Source of the DNA: Gemmata obscuriglobus
Lineage (GTDB): Bacteria > Planctomycetota > Planctomycetia > Gemmatales > Gemmataceae
NCBI RefSeq assembly: GCF_008065095.1
Contig: NZ_CP042911.1
Coordinates: 3,900,001 to 3,932,000, forward strand
Length of the DNA: 32,000 nt
Reading direction: 5' to 3'
The position numbers and the translations under genes are program-made. The notes under the pieces were generated by a model. The model saw nothing but the letters and a program-made list of their open reading frames with translations. It did no database searches and was not told the origin of the DNA. Positions 8,254 through 19,322 of the stretch are shown piece after piece. Each line of letters begins with the position of its first letter. Position 1 is the first letter of the stretch.

Positions 8254-8359
8254 CAGCCGTTTCAATTTCCAGGTTCCAGGTGATGTTAAAGGCACACGAA
8301 TGGCCCGGAGCTTGCGTTGCGCGGGTTCCCGACTTGGAAACTGGAACTTGAAACTACGG
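8254..8359 (-). repeat. MITE-like intergenic repeat, copy B (inverted relative to copy A)
   Basis: The reverse complement aligns with 1763-1855. Internal arms 8259-8280 and 8333-8354 are inverted repeats (19 of 22 nt). The 13-mer AACTTGAAACTAC (8345-8357) is identical to 30076-30088 in the IR of the ISH3-like IS. Confidence 0.65.
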
Positions 8360-8644
8360 AACGGGTGCGTGAAAGCCGACCGGGTGCGCACCCGATCGGG
8401 CGGATCAAGGGTAACGGTTGTGCCGACTTAGGTTGTAATGCGGTTCGACGGCCTGTGCTCGAACCGCCGGCGCCAACCCTTGGGAGCGAGCTGGACCCAC
8501 TCGGGGTGTAACGGGGGTTACAGTTCGGTCCACTTGAGTGTCCGATGGTGTGCGTGCTGGACGTTCGCGGGCGTTGAGCTGCCGATTCGCTACCCGTTCG
8601 CTGCCGTGCCGCTACCACTGAATTCCGGCCGCAAAACCGGGATA

Positions 8645-8965
8645 ATGATCACAACTGAACCGAACTCGCTTCCGATGCTGTACCGACCGATCGTCGCAAC
8701 GTGCGATCAGGATAGCGTTTGCGATGGAGGCTATTGGCTGTGCGATTTGACTCCTTCGCACGGGGTTCGATGCGGTCGGCCCAACCGGGAACAGTGGGAG
8801 CTTCCAGAAGCCCCAAATGAGGGAGAATGGAGACGGAAGTGCTGGATGTGCGATGGTGCTGGCAGGGCCGCTCAACCGGTGGAACGGGCCGTTTCCGCTT
8901 GGCAGTCGAGAACGGCGCTTCGCCGGCCGGAGGGTTCGACTCTGCGGCCGGGTCTGTTAAAGTGA
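8645..8965 (+). CDS. hypothetical small Cys-rich protein with a CxxCxGxG (DnaJ-type zinc-finger-like) motif
   Basis: The ATG at 8645 lies inside ORF 8438-8965, and the stop is 25 nt before the helicase ATG. Six Cys residues are present, including CWMCDGAG. GC3 is clearly lower than in neighbouring genes, so coding status is uncertain. Confidence 0.3.
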   Translation: MITTEPNSLPMLYRPIVATCDQDSVCDGGYWLCDLTPSHGVRCGRPNREQWELPEAPNEGEWRRKCWMCDGAGRAAQPVERAVSAWQSRTALRRPEGSTLRPGLLK

Positions 8966-8989
8966 TCCCTGCACCTTTGAGGGTTCTAC

Positions 8990-11461
<2,472 letters not shown>

Positions 11462-11570
11462 TGATGAAGGGCTCCGCGATGAAGCTGAGTGCTTTCGCGA
11501 ACCGAACACGCGGCGCGGATCGGGGCCACCGGACACACCGACTCAGCGCTGCGGGAGAGGTCTTCTACAG

Positions 11571-12296
11571 ATGGGAACGATTTTGCGTCCAGCAGTTCTT
11601 GCCTCGGTGCAGGTCGGGCGCCCGCGCCAGCACGGCGATGCGGACGCGACGGACCCGCTGGACCGCTTGTGGACGAGCGGCTTTTACAAGGACCCGGTCG
11701 CCGGGCCGGTGCGGGTCGGGGTCACCAACATCGACGGCGACGGACAGGCCGACCTCGTTCACCACGGCGGGCCGGATAAGGCCGTGTGCGTTTACCCGGC
11801 CGACCACTACCCCTACTGGCGCGAGGCGCTGAACCGGCCGGATCTGCCGCCGGGGGCGTTCGGGGAGAACTTCACCGTCGAGGGGCTGACCGAAGCGGGC
11901 GTGTGCGTCGGCGACGTCTGGACCTTCGGCGGTGTCGCGTTACAGGTGTCCCAGCCCCGTCAGCCGTGCTGGAAGCTGGCCCGCCGTTGGCGCGTGAAAA
12001 CGCTGACGTTACAGGTCCAGCAGACGGGACGAACGGGATGGTACTTTCGCGTGCTGAGGGAGGGCGTTGTGGCGCCCGGGGAGCAACTCGCTCTTGTCGA
12101 GCGTCCGCACCCTGAATGGACGGTCGAGCGGGCCAACACCGTCATGCACCACAATAAGGCGGACCTGCAAGCGGCGGCCGAACTCGGCTCGCTGCCTCTA
12201 CTTTCCACGAGCTGGCGCGAGACGTTGACCCGACGTGTCACACAGGGCACTTCGCCGGACCAATCGAAGCGGCTCAACGGACCGCTCGGCGATTGA
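11571..12296 (+). CDS. MOSC domain protein (YiiM-like)
   Basis: GDGQADLVHHGGPDKAVCVY, GAFGENFTVEGL, GDVWTFGGVALQVSQPRQPCWKLARRW and TGWYFRVLREGVV match the MOSC/3-alpha-helix architecture. Confidence 0.8.
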   Translation: MGTILRPAVLASVQVGRPRQHGDADATDPLDRLWTSGFYKDPVAGPVRVGVTNIDGDGQADLVHHGGPDKAVCVYPADHYPYWREALNRPDLPPGAFGENFTVEGLTEAGVCVGDVWTFGGVALQVSQPRQPCWKLARRWRVKTLTLQVQQTGRTGWYFRVLREGVVAPGEQLALVERPHPEWTVERANTVMHHNKADLQAAAELGSLPLLSTSWRETLTRRVTQGTSPDQSKRLNGPLGD

Positions 12297-12381
12297 CACC
12301 CATTCGCCTGTTCTTCGAGGGGGATTCGACGCGAGGCGCTTCGCCCTTTGTTAGGCGCGGAAACGATCCTGAGCGGGTAGG

Positions 12382-13323
12382 ATGTCCGCACCCGCCTGCT
12401 CCTTCTGCCGAGGTCATTTCATGCTCAGGTTCTGCCTGTCCGCATACCCTGTCGCGGTGATTACACTTGCCGTCGCCACCCTCTGTTTTGCAACGGACCA
12501 GACCGCCGATGGCCTCACGCTGAACCTGCGCAAGCGACCAGCCGCCCCCGAAAAAGGCGCGACCGCGGCGACGGAGAAGAAGGTCAACTGGAACCCGAAG
12601 AATACCGCGATCGTCGTCTGCGATATGTGGGACCACCACTGGTGCAAGTCGGCCGAACTGCGAGTCGGCGAACTGGGCGGCCCGATGAACGAGATGCTGA
12701 AGGCCGCTCGCGCGAAGGGCGTGTTCGTGATCCACGCGCCCAGCACCTGCACCGATTTCTACAAGGACACCCCTCAGCGCAAGCGGGCGCGAATCGCTCC
12801 CTTCGCGAAGACGCCGGTCCCGCTGGCGACGGCCGAGCGATGGGGCACCGCGTGGAACTGGCCCGACGGAACGCGCGAAGCGGTGCTCCCCGTAGACGAC
12901 TCGGACATGGGGTGCGACTGCAAGGTGAAGTGCGAGATCCGCGCCCCGTGGACCCGCCAAACCGCCGCCATCGACATTGCGGACGGTGACGCGATCACCG
13001 ACAACGGACAAGAGACATGGAACCTGCTGACCGAGCGCGGGATCGAGAACGTGATCCTGTGCGGGGTTCACCTGAACATGTGCGTCCTGGGCCGGCCGTT
13101 CGCGATCCGCGCACTGGTGAAGCAGGGCAAAACTGTCGCGCTCATGCGCGACATGACGGACACGATGTACAACCCGAGTCACCCGCCCGGCGTCAGCCAC
13201 TTCGAGGGCACGGACAAGGTCGTCGAGCACGTCGAGCGGTACTGGTGCCCGAGCTTCGCGAGCACCGACCTTACCGGCAAGCCGGCGTTCGCCTTCAAGG
13301 CCGATTCGCGTGCCAAGAAGTAA
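12382..13323 (+). CDS. isochorismatase-family (cysteine hydrolase) protein, probably secreted
   Basis: TAIVVCDMWDHHW (Asp), VFVIHAPS and ENVILCGVHLNMCVLGRPFAIRAL (nucleophile Cys) fit the isochorismatase-like fold. The start could instead be the ATG at 12421 (MLRFCLSAYPVAVITLAVATLCFA, signal-like). Confidence 0.6.
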   Translation: MSAPACSFCRGHFMLRFCLSAYPVAVITLAVATLCFATDQTADGLTLNLRKRPAAPEKGATAATEKKVNWNPKNTAIVVCDMWDHHWCKSAELRVGELGGPMNEMLKAARAKGVFVIHAPSTCTDFYKDTPQRKRARIAPFAKTPVPLATAERWGTAWNWPDGTREAVLPVDDSDMGCDCKVKCEIRAPWTRQTAAIDIADGDAITDNGQETWNLLTERGIENVILCGVHLNMCVLGRPFAIRALVKQGKTVALMRDMTDTMYNPSHPPGVSHFEGTDKVVEHVERYWCPSFASTDLTGKPAFAFKADSRAKK

Positions 13324-13342
13324 GCGCAGGGACAGGAGGGTA

Positions 13343-13368
13343 GCCACTCGCAGGTGTGTGCGAGTGGC
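13343..13368. terminator. bidirectional hairpin between convergent genes
   Basis: gccactcgc (13343-13351) and gcgagtggc (13360-13368) form a perfect 9-bp stem with an 8-nt loop. It lies between the stop at 13323 (+) and the stop at 13384 (-). Confidence 0.5.
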
Positions 13369-13383
13369 ATGCGTTCGTTCGAC

Positions 13384-13731
13384 CTACGAGGCGGCAAGGG
13401 CGGTCAGGTCGGCGCGGAGGGTAGCTTCCGGCGTGATCCCTTCGTACCGGCGGACCACCTGTCCATTGCGGAAGATGAGCAAGAGCGGGATCGCGGACAC
13501 GTCGAACTTCGCCGCAAGGGACGGGTTCGTTTCGGTGTTCACCTTGCACACGGTGAAGTCGCGTGCAAGGTCGTGCAGCACCGGGTTCATGGCCCGGCAC
13601 GGCCCGCACCACGCGGCCCAGAAGTCCACCAGCACCGGACCAGGGGCTTCCAGGACTTCGCGCTTGAAGTTGTACTGCTCGAGTAACATAAGGTTCTCCG
13701 CTCGCAGGGTCCGCTCGTCGTTTGCAGTCAC
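13384..13731 (-). CDS. trxA: thioredoxin
   Basis: VLVDFWAAWCGPCRAMNPVL carries the WCGPC active site, followed by the thioredoxin fold pattern (KVNTETNPSLAAKFDVSAIPLLLIFRNGQVV). The start may be the internal Met at 13689. Confidence 0.9.
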   Translation of the reverse strand: MTANDERTLRAENLMLLEQYNFKREVLEAPGPVLVDFWAAWCGPCRAMNPVLHDLARDFTVCKVNTETNPSLAAKFDVSAIPLLLIFRNGQVVRRYEGITPEATLRADLTALAAS

Positions 13732-13746
13732 GCTGACCGTATTCGT

Positions 13747-15660
13747 CTACTTCTTATCTTTCGGCGGTGCCGGCGGCGGGCCGAACTTCGGGGCCGGGAA
13801 CACCGCAGTGAGCATGTCCGCAAACCCCTCTTCGTCCAGCTTTCCGGCCTTCTTCTTGTCGAACTCGTCGAACGCGGCTTTAGTGGCCGTGAGGACCTCA
13901 TCGACCGTAAGCTTCTTGTCCTTGTTCGCGTCCGCCCGGTCCATGATCGCGCCGGCCATAAAATTGCCCATACTAAAACCGCCGGGCGGCGCGCCCTCAG
14001 GCGGAGGGGGGAGCGACTTGTTCAATCCCGCGGTGAGCGCCTTCAGGTCCACCGTATCGTCTTTGCCCTTTTCGCACGCGTCCCACACCCGTTTCATGGA
14101 CGCCAGCAACTCGTCCCGCGACACGTACTCGTCCCCGTTCTTGTCCATGGCTTCCATCATCGGCGGCGCCAGCATCGCCCCGAACTTCGGAGGTCCACCC
14201 ATCCCGAATCCGGCGGGGATGTGCCCTTTTGACGTTCCCGCCACCTGCGCGGCGACCGACGCGGCCCGTTTCTCAATGAAACTCTTGAGCCCCGGGGGCT
14301 TCCCGAACATCGTCACCGCGCCGGCTACTTCCTTGCGGGCCGCCGCGGCCTGCTGGTCCCGCTCGAGCGGCTCATGAACCGCCGCTTCCGCTTCCGCCAA
14401 CTGCTTGAGGAGGCGCTCTTTTGAAAAGGCCGTCGCAGCAAGCTCCTTGAGTAACTTCTGATACTGATCGCTGATCTCGGGAACCGCCAGAAGTCTGTCG
14501 GTGAGCCGGTGCGTGCCGGGGTACGGGTGCGTCAGGCTGAGGTTCATCTGCTGACTGTTCGAACCCAGGATCGGGAAGTTAGCGAACGCCCGGTCGAGGT
14601 CCCAAGGGATCAGATACAGCTTGTTCGTTTTTGGGTTCAAGTAGAGGCAGAAGTTGTGCCCGAAGAAGAGGCTATCCCCGTTGGCCACGAACGCGGTTGC
14701 CGCCAGGAACCGCAGGTAGTTGTCCACATCGAGGTATGTGCCGATCTCCTTCTTGAACGTCGCGTCGTCCCCCTTATGCACCAACCGCGCGAAAGCGATG
14801 ACCCGTTTGGCCTCGTCCTTCGTGGGCTCCCGCTTCGGCGCGTACTGGATCTTGTACCGGTTCCAGTCGTCGCCTCGGTCGTCGAACTCTCGCAGCCCTT
14901 CGGGCTTCATGAGCAGCCCTTTGTCGTCTCCGAACCGGTCCTTCAGGAACGGCTTGTCCACTTCCTCGACCAGCGTGTACACCCCCAGCAGTTCCTTGTC
15001 GCGCTTACCCGGCACGGTGAGCCGCACCTCGGCCAGGGCGGTGCGCGGGGCCGGCACCCCGGCGGCACGGTAGATCGCGTAACCGAGAACTTCCCGGCAC
15101 TTGCTCGGGTCGGTCACCTCGCAGTGGAGGTTGATCGACTTGGAGCCGCCAAATCGACCGCTACCGCCGGCGCGGTCGAGGTCGATCTTGAACGATTTCT
15201 TGATGGTCCGGGACGCGTCCATGACCGTACCGTTGCCCTTGTACCGTATTCCCACTTTGTCGAACGTCTGGTCCCCAATCGTGACCGATCCGGTGCCCCA
15301 CGGCAGATCGGTGCCGAACGTGTTGCGATGCACCTCCCGGTTCGATTCGGCCGGTTTATCGGGTGCCTTGGGGGCTGGCCCAAACCCCGGGAAGCCGCGG
15401 TTGGCGCGTGGTTCGATGGCGGCGTATTCCTCCGGCGACAGGGTGACATGCACCTGCCACAGCTTTTCGGGAGCGTACACGTTTTGATCGGCGGCTTTTG
15501 CCAGAGGTGGTCTGAACGGCGAGAGCGCCACCGCGGCGAGCAGGACAGGTGAGAGCCAGCCGGCCCGGCCGAGTGCAAAATGACTTGGCATCAATGAGTC
15601 CAAGTGGGGTATTTCGGTGGAGAGGTAGGCTCCATCGTTATACCCGAAAACTTCACGCAA
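13747..15660 (-). CDS. secreted CotH-family (atypical kinase-like) protein with a C-terminal EF-hand pair
   Basis: The CotH-like core includes NLHCEVTDPSKCREVLGY, GVYTLVEEVDKPFLKDRF and HNFCLYLNPKTNKLYLIPWDLDRAF. The EF-hand loops are DKNGDEYVSRDEL and DANKDKKLTVDEV. The gene ends 15 nt upstream of trxA on the same strand. Confidence 0.7.
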   Translation of the reverse strand: MREVFGYNDGAYLSTEIPHLDSLMPSHFALGRAGWLSPVLLAAVALSPFRPPLAKAADQNVYAPEKLWQVHVTLSPEEYAAIEPRANRGFPGFGPAPKAPDKPAESNREVHRNTFGTDLPWGTGSVTIGDQTFDKVGIRYKGNGTVMDASRTIKKSFKIDLDRAGGSGRFGGSKSINLHCEVTDPSKCREVLGYAIYRAAGVPAPRTALAEVRLTVPGKRDKELLGVYTLVEEVDKPFLKDRFGDDKGLLMKPEGLREFDDRGDDWNRYKIQYAPKREPTKDEAKRVIAFARLVHKGDDATFKKEIGTYLDVDNYLRFLAATAFVANGDSLFFGHNFCLYLNPKTNKLYLIPWDLDRAFANFPILGSNSQQMNLSLTHPYPGTHRLTDRLLAVPEISDQYQKLLKELAATAFSKERLLKQLAEAEAAVHEPLERDQQAAAARKEVAGAVTMFGKPPGLKSFIEKRAASVAAQVAGTSKGHIPAGFGMGGPPKFGAMLAPPMMEAMDKNGDEYVSRDELLASMKRVWDACEKGKDDTVDLKALTAGLNKSLPPPPEGAPPGGFSMGNFMAGAIMDRADANKDKKLTVDEVLTATKAAFDEFDKKKAGKLDEEGFADMLTAVFPAPKFGPPPAPPKDKK

Positions 15661-15851
15661 GTTTCATACACGCGTATCGAGGCCCGGACGAGGCCAGTGC
15701 CCGCCTCGTAACGCAAGGGTTGCGAGGCGGGCGCTGGCTTCGTTTCACTGGTTTGGCTTGAAAGGCGACAAGCGGCGCGCCGCTCGGCTGGGACTTGCCG
15801 ACTGCGCAAACGCGATCTGACACATGAAGGCGGACGGATGGCGAAGCGACC

Positions 15852-15881
15852 TTGACCGGTCGCCGGGGAAGGTACTAAACT
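15852..15881 (+). promoter_or_regulatory. candidate sigma70-like promoter upstream of polA
   Basis: TTGACC (15852-15857), an 18-nt spacer, then TAAACT (15876-15881), in a locally AT-richer patch about 110 nt upstream of the polA start. This is a pattern match only. Confidence 0.25.
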
Positions 15882-15989
15882 ACATATACACTCTCGTTCA
15901 CTACGGCTCAGCTCTTTTGGCATCGCAAGTGCGGCTTCCATCCCTCTGTTAGACGGCCGCGCAAATTCGATACCCAAGGCTCCAATCCG

Positions 15990-18950
15990 ATGTCGGACCC
16001 GGTTTCCGCGGGCAGCATGTATCTGTTGGACGCCCACGGGCTCATTTTCCAGATGTTCTACGGCGTGGGGCCGATGAGCGCGCCGGACGGGCGCCCTACC
16101 AACGCCGTGTTCGGTGTGACCCGGGCGCTGATGAACCTGTACGACCGCGGGGCCGATTACCTCATCGCCACCCTCGATCATGAGAAGCCCACGTTCCGCG
16201 TCGAGATCGACGCCGCTTACAAGGCGCACCGCGACCCGCCCCCCCCCGACCTGCTCCTCCAGGAGCCGATGATACAGCAGGTGATGGAAGCGATGCGGGT
16301 GCCGTTCCTCATCGCGCCGGGCTACGAAGCCGACGACGTAATGGCGACCGTCTCGACCCAAGCCGCCGCGCGCGGGCTCGACGTGTTCCTCTGCACGTCG
16401 GACAAGGATTGCCGGCAGCTCATCACCGACAAGGTGAAGATGCTGAATTTGCGCAAGGACTATGAGGCCCTCGACGCGGCCGGCGTTCTTGCCGACTGGG
16501 GCGTGCGCCCGGACCAAGTGGTGGACTTTCAGGCGCTCGTCGGCGACTCCGTGGACGGCGTAAAGGGCGTGGCCGGGGTCGGGCCGAAGACCGCCGCCAA
16601 GTGGCTTCAGCAGTTCGGGACACTCGACGTTCTGATCGCGAACGCCGACCAAGCGGCCGGCGGGCCGAAAACTCGACAGGCGCTCAAAGACGCTGTGGCG
16701 AGCGGTGCCCTGGCGAAAAGCAAACGTCTCGTGTGTCTCGACCGGGACGTACCAGTTGCTTTCGACTGGGAGGGGTGGCGGCGCCGCGATTGGGACGGGC
16801 AGCGGCTCCTCGAACTGTTTCACGAGTTCGGGTTCCGCGGGTTCGCGGAGCGTGTCCGCAAGACGTTGACCCGGAGCGGCGCCCAGAAGAACGCCGACGC
16901 CCTTGCTACGGCCGGTCTGAACGCCCCTCCGCCGGTCGCAGATACGGTTGGACGTGGCGTGCCGGGCGCGAAGGCCGTACCGGCGAAAAAGGCAAAGGGC
17001 AAAAGCCAGAAGCCGGCCGGCCCCGGGTTGTTCGACCTTCTGATGGAAGAAGCGCCCGGGGCCGTGCCTACTGAGACCGGAGCAAGCGAGCCGACGGCCC
17101 CCGCGCCAATCAGTGACGGCTGGAGCTACTCCGGGTACGAGTCCATCACTACTCCGGAACGGTTCGAGCAGTTCGTGGGCGAATTAGCGCAGCAACCCGC
17201 GTTCGTCTTCGACCTCGAAACCGCCGGCCTCGATCCGGTCCACGACCCGATTGTGGGTTACTCGTTCTCCTGGCAGAAGGGCACCGCGTATTACTTGCCC
17301 GTTCGCGCGCCCGCTGGCGAGCCGGTCCTCAATCCTGATACCGTACTCGCTGCGCTCAAGCCCGTGTTCGAGAACCCCGCGATTGAGAAGCGGAACCACA
17401 ACATCAAGTTCGACCTGATCGTGCTCGCCGCGAGCGGTGTCGAACTGGCCGGGGTCGCGGGCGACTCGATGGTCGCGCACTACCTGCTGGACCCGGGGGC
17501 TCGCGCGCACGGGCTCGACGACCTCACGCTGGACGAGTTGAGGCACACGAACATCTCGATCAAAGAGCTGATCGGGACCGGCAAGAAGCAGATCACGATG
17601 GCCGAGGTGCCGGTCGCGCGGGTGCGCGATTACGCCTGTGAGGACGCCGACGCCGCGCTCCAACTGGCCGCCGCGTTCGAGCCGCGGCTGGACGCGGCCG
17701 GGCTGCGCGAGTTGTACGACACGCTCGAAGTGCCGCTCATCCGCGTGCTCGCCGAGATGGAACACGTCGGCATCCGGGTGGACGTGCCGTTCCTGGTGCA
17801 ACTCGGCGTCCAGATGGGCGAGGAACTAGCGGGGTACGAGGGCGATATTCACGCGCTCGCGGGCCGCGCGTTCAACATCGGCTCGCTGAAGGAGCTTCAG
17901 AAGATTCTGTTCGACGAACTCAAGCTCCCGGTCCAAAAGCGGACCGGCATCAAGAACGAGCCTTCGACGGACCAAGAGTCGCTGGAGCGGTTGGCCGCGC
18001 TCGGGCACGAACTGCCGAAAAAGCTGCTGGCGTACCGCAAGGTGTCGAAGTTAAAGAGTACATACGTGGATGTTTTGCCCGCACTCGCGGACAAAAACGG
18101 TCGCGTTCATACATCTTTCAACCAGGCGTCGGCCGAAACTGGTAGACTGAGTTCGAGCGAGCCGAACCTGCAAAACGTTCCCACGCGGACCGAACAAGGC
18201 GCACAACTCCGGAAGGCGTTCATCCCCCGCGATGGCTGGGTCCTCGTGACCGCGGACTACTCGCAGATCGAGCTGCGACTGCTGACGCACTTCTGCGGTG
18301 ACGACACGTTGCGGGCGGCGTTCGCGGAAGACCGCGACGTTCACACCGCGGTCGCGGCCCAGATTTTCAAGGTGCCGGAGGGCGAGGTCACGAAGGCCCA
18401 GCGCGGGGTAGCGAAGACGGTCAACTTCGGTGTCCTGTACGGCATGAGTGCCACCGGCCTCGCGGTCCGACTCAGCATCCCGCGCAAGGAGGCGGAGGAG
18501 TTCATTGAGGCCTACTTTACCCGCTACACGAAGGTGCTGGAGTACCAGCAGCGACTGCTCGCGATTGGGCGCGAGCGGGGGCGGTTGCAGACTATCCTGG
18601 GCCGGTGGCGGGCGTTCAACCTCGACGGACGCGACGTGAACTCCACTTACCAGGGCCGCACGATGGCGGCGCGCGAGGCAATCAACTACGAGATCCAGGG
18701 TTCGGCGGCGGACCTAATCAAGAAGGCGATGTTGGGCGCGCACGCCCGTATGGCGGCTCAAAGATTGCACGCTAGAATGCTCCTTACCGTCCACGACGAA
18801 CTCGTGTTTGAAGCTCCCCCGGCGGAAGTGGAGCCGCTGGCCCGGCTCGTCCGTGAAGAAATGACCTCCGCGATCAAGCTCGACGTGCCTCTGAAGGTGG
18901 ACGTGGCGGCCGGCCCGAACTGGCTGGAAGTCGAAGACGTTCTGGGGTAA
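15990..18950 (+). CDS. polA: DNA polymerase I
   Basis: The 5' nuclease region (LLDAHGLIFQMFYG, SDKDCRQL, LVGDSVDGVKGVAGVGPKTA), the 3'-5' exo domain (FVFDLETAGLDP, HNIKFDL, YACEDAD) and the pol domain (RVHTSFNQASAETGRLSSSEPNLQNVP, DYSQIELR, QRGVAKTVNFGVLYGMS, VHDELVFE) are all present. Confidence 0.97.
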   Translation: MSDPVSAGSMYLLDAHGLIFQMFYGVGPMSAPDGRPTNAVFGVTRALMNLYDRGADYLIATLDHEKPTFRVEIDAAYKAHRDPPPPDLLLQEPMIQQVMEAMRVPFLIAPGYEADDVMATVSTQAAARGLDVFLCTSDKDCRQLITDKVKMLNLRKDYEALDAAGVLADWGVRPDQVVDFQALVGDSVDGVKGVAGVGPKTAAKWLQQFGTLDVLIANADQAAGGPKTRQALKDAVASGALAKSKRLVCLDRDVPVAFDWEGWRRRDWDGQRLLELFHEFGFRGFAERVRKTLTRSGAQKNADALATAGLNAPPPVADTVGRGVPGAKAVPAKKAKGKSQKPAGPGLFDLLMEEAPGAVPTETGASEPTAPAPISDGWSYSGYESITTPERFEQFVGELAQQPAFVFDLETAGLDPVHDPIVGYSFSWQKGTAYYLPVRAPAGEPVLNPDTVLAALKPVFENPAIEKRNHNIKFDLIVLAASGVELAGVAGDSMVAHYLLDPGARAHGLDDLTLDELRHTNISIKELIGTGKKQITMAEVPVARVRDYACEDADAALQLAAAFEPRLDAAGLRELYDTLEVPLIRVLAEMEHVGIRVDVPFLVQLGVQMGEELAGYEGDIHALAGRAFNIGSLKELQKILFDELKLPVQKRTGIKNEPSTDQESLERLAALGHELPKKLLAYRKVSKLKSTYVDVLPALADKNGRVHTSFNQASAETGRLSSSEPNLQNVPTRTEQGAQLRKAFIPRDGWVLVTADYSQIELRLLTHFCGDDTLRAAFAEDRDVHTAVAAQIFKVPEGEVTKAQRGVAKTVNFGVLYGMSATGLAVRLSIPRKEAEEFIEAYFTRYTKVLEYQQRLLAIGRERGRLQTILGRWRAFNLDGRDVNSTYQGRTMAAREAINYEIQGSAADLIKKAMLGAHARMAAQRLHARMLLTVHDELVFEAPPAEVEPLARLVREEMTSAIKLDVPLKVDVAAGPNWLEVEDVLG

Positions 18951-19029
18951 GCGACGCTAGTGAGACCTCCGCTCGGGACCGACTCTGGGGGAGCCGGAAT
19001 GTTGACGGGGGCAGTAGTGGAGTGTCGCG

Positions 19030-19296
19030 ATGCGAGCGGTTCACGCGGTTCGGGGGGCGTTGCTGGTAGTGGGGCTTTTGGGGGTGAGTGTGGCCTCGGG
19101 TTGTTGCGCGTGTTCGCAGAGCTTGTGGAAGGGAGATAAATCACCGAGTGCAACGCCGGCCGCCGGACAAACGAATGCGATCGCCGGTAACAAAGATCCT
19201 CAAGACGTATTGAATAACCGGAGGCGCGGCGCGAACGGCTTTGATGACCAACCACACCACCTGACACCCGAGCGGATTCAGGGCGGAATTTACTGA
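19030..19296 (+). CDS. small putative lipoprotein
   Basis: Signal peptide plus lipobox (LLVVGLLGVSVASGC), with a polar tail. No family recognised, and GC3 is moderate. Confidence 0.45.
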   Translation: MRAVHAVRGALLVVGLLGVSVASGCCACSQSLWKGDKSPSATPAAGQTNAIAGNKDPQDVLNNRRRGANGFDDQPHHLTPERIQGGIY

Positions 19297-19322
19297 ATGT
19301 TGCGACGTGTGTAAGGGGGCGT

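Noticed and set aside
8436-8960. Possible tRNA, tmRNA or RNase P gene, suggested by GGTTCGAC-type motifs (8441-8448, 8771-8780, 8929-8937) and a GCCGGGTCTGT string near 8946.
   Set aside because: The flanking bases do not form T-arm stems. There is no acceptor stem/CCA context, no tmRNA tag reading frame and no GAGGAAAGTCC P4 motif anywhere nearby. For RNase P, the orientation would also run into the helicase gene.
16240-16255. C9 homopolymer inside polA as a possible phase-variation tract.
   Set aside because: It simply encodes PPP(P)D in an otherwise intact, essential gene, and there is no alternative frame or regulatory context.
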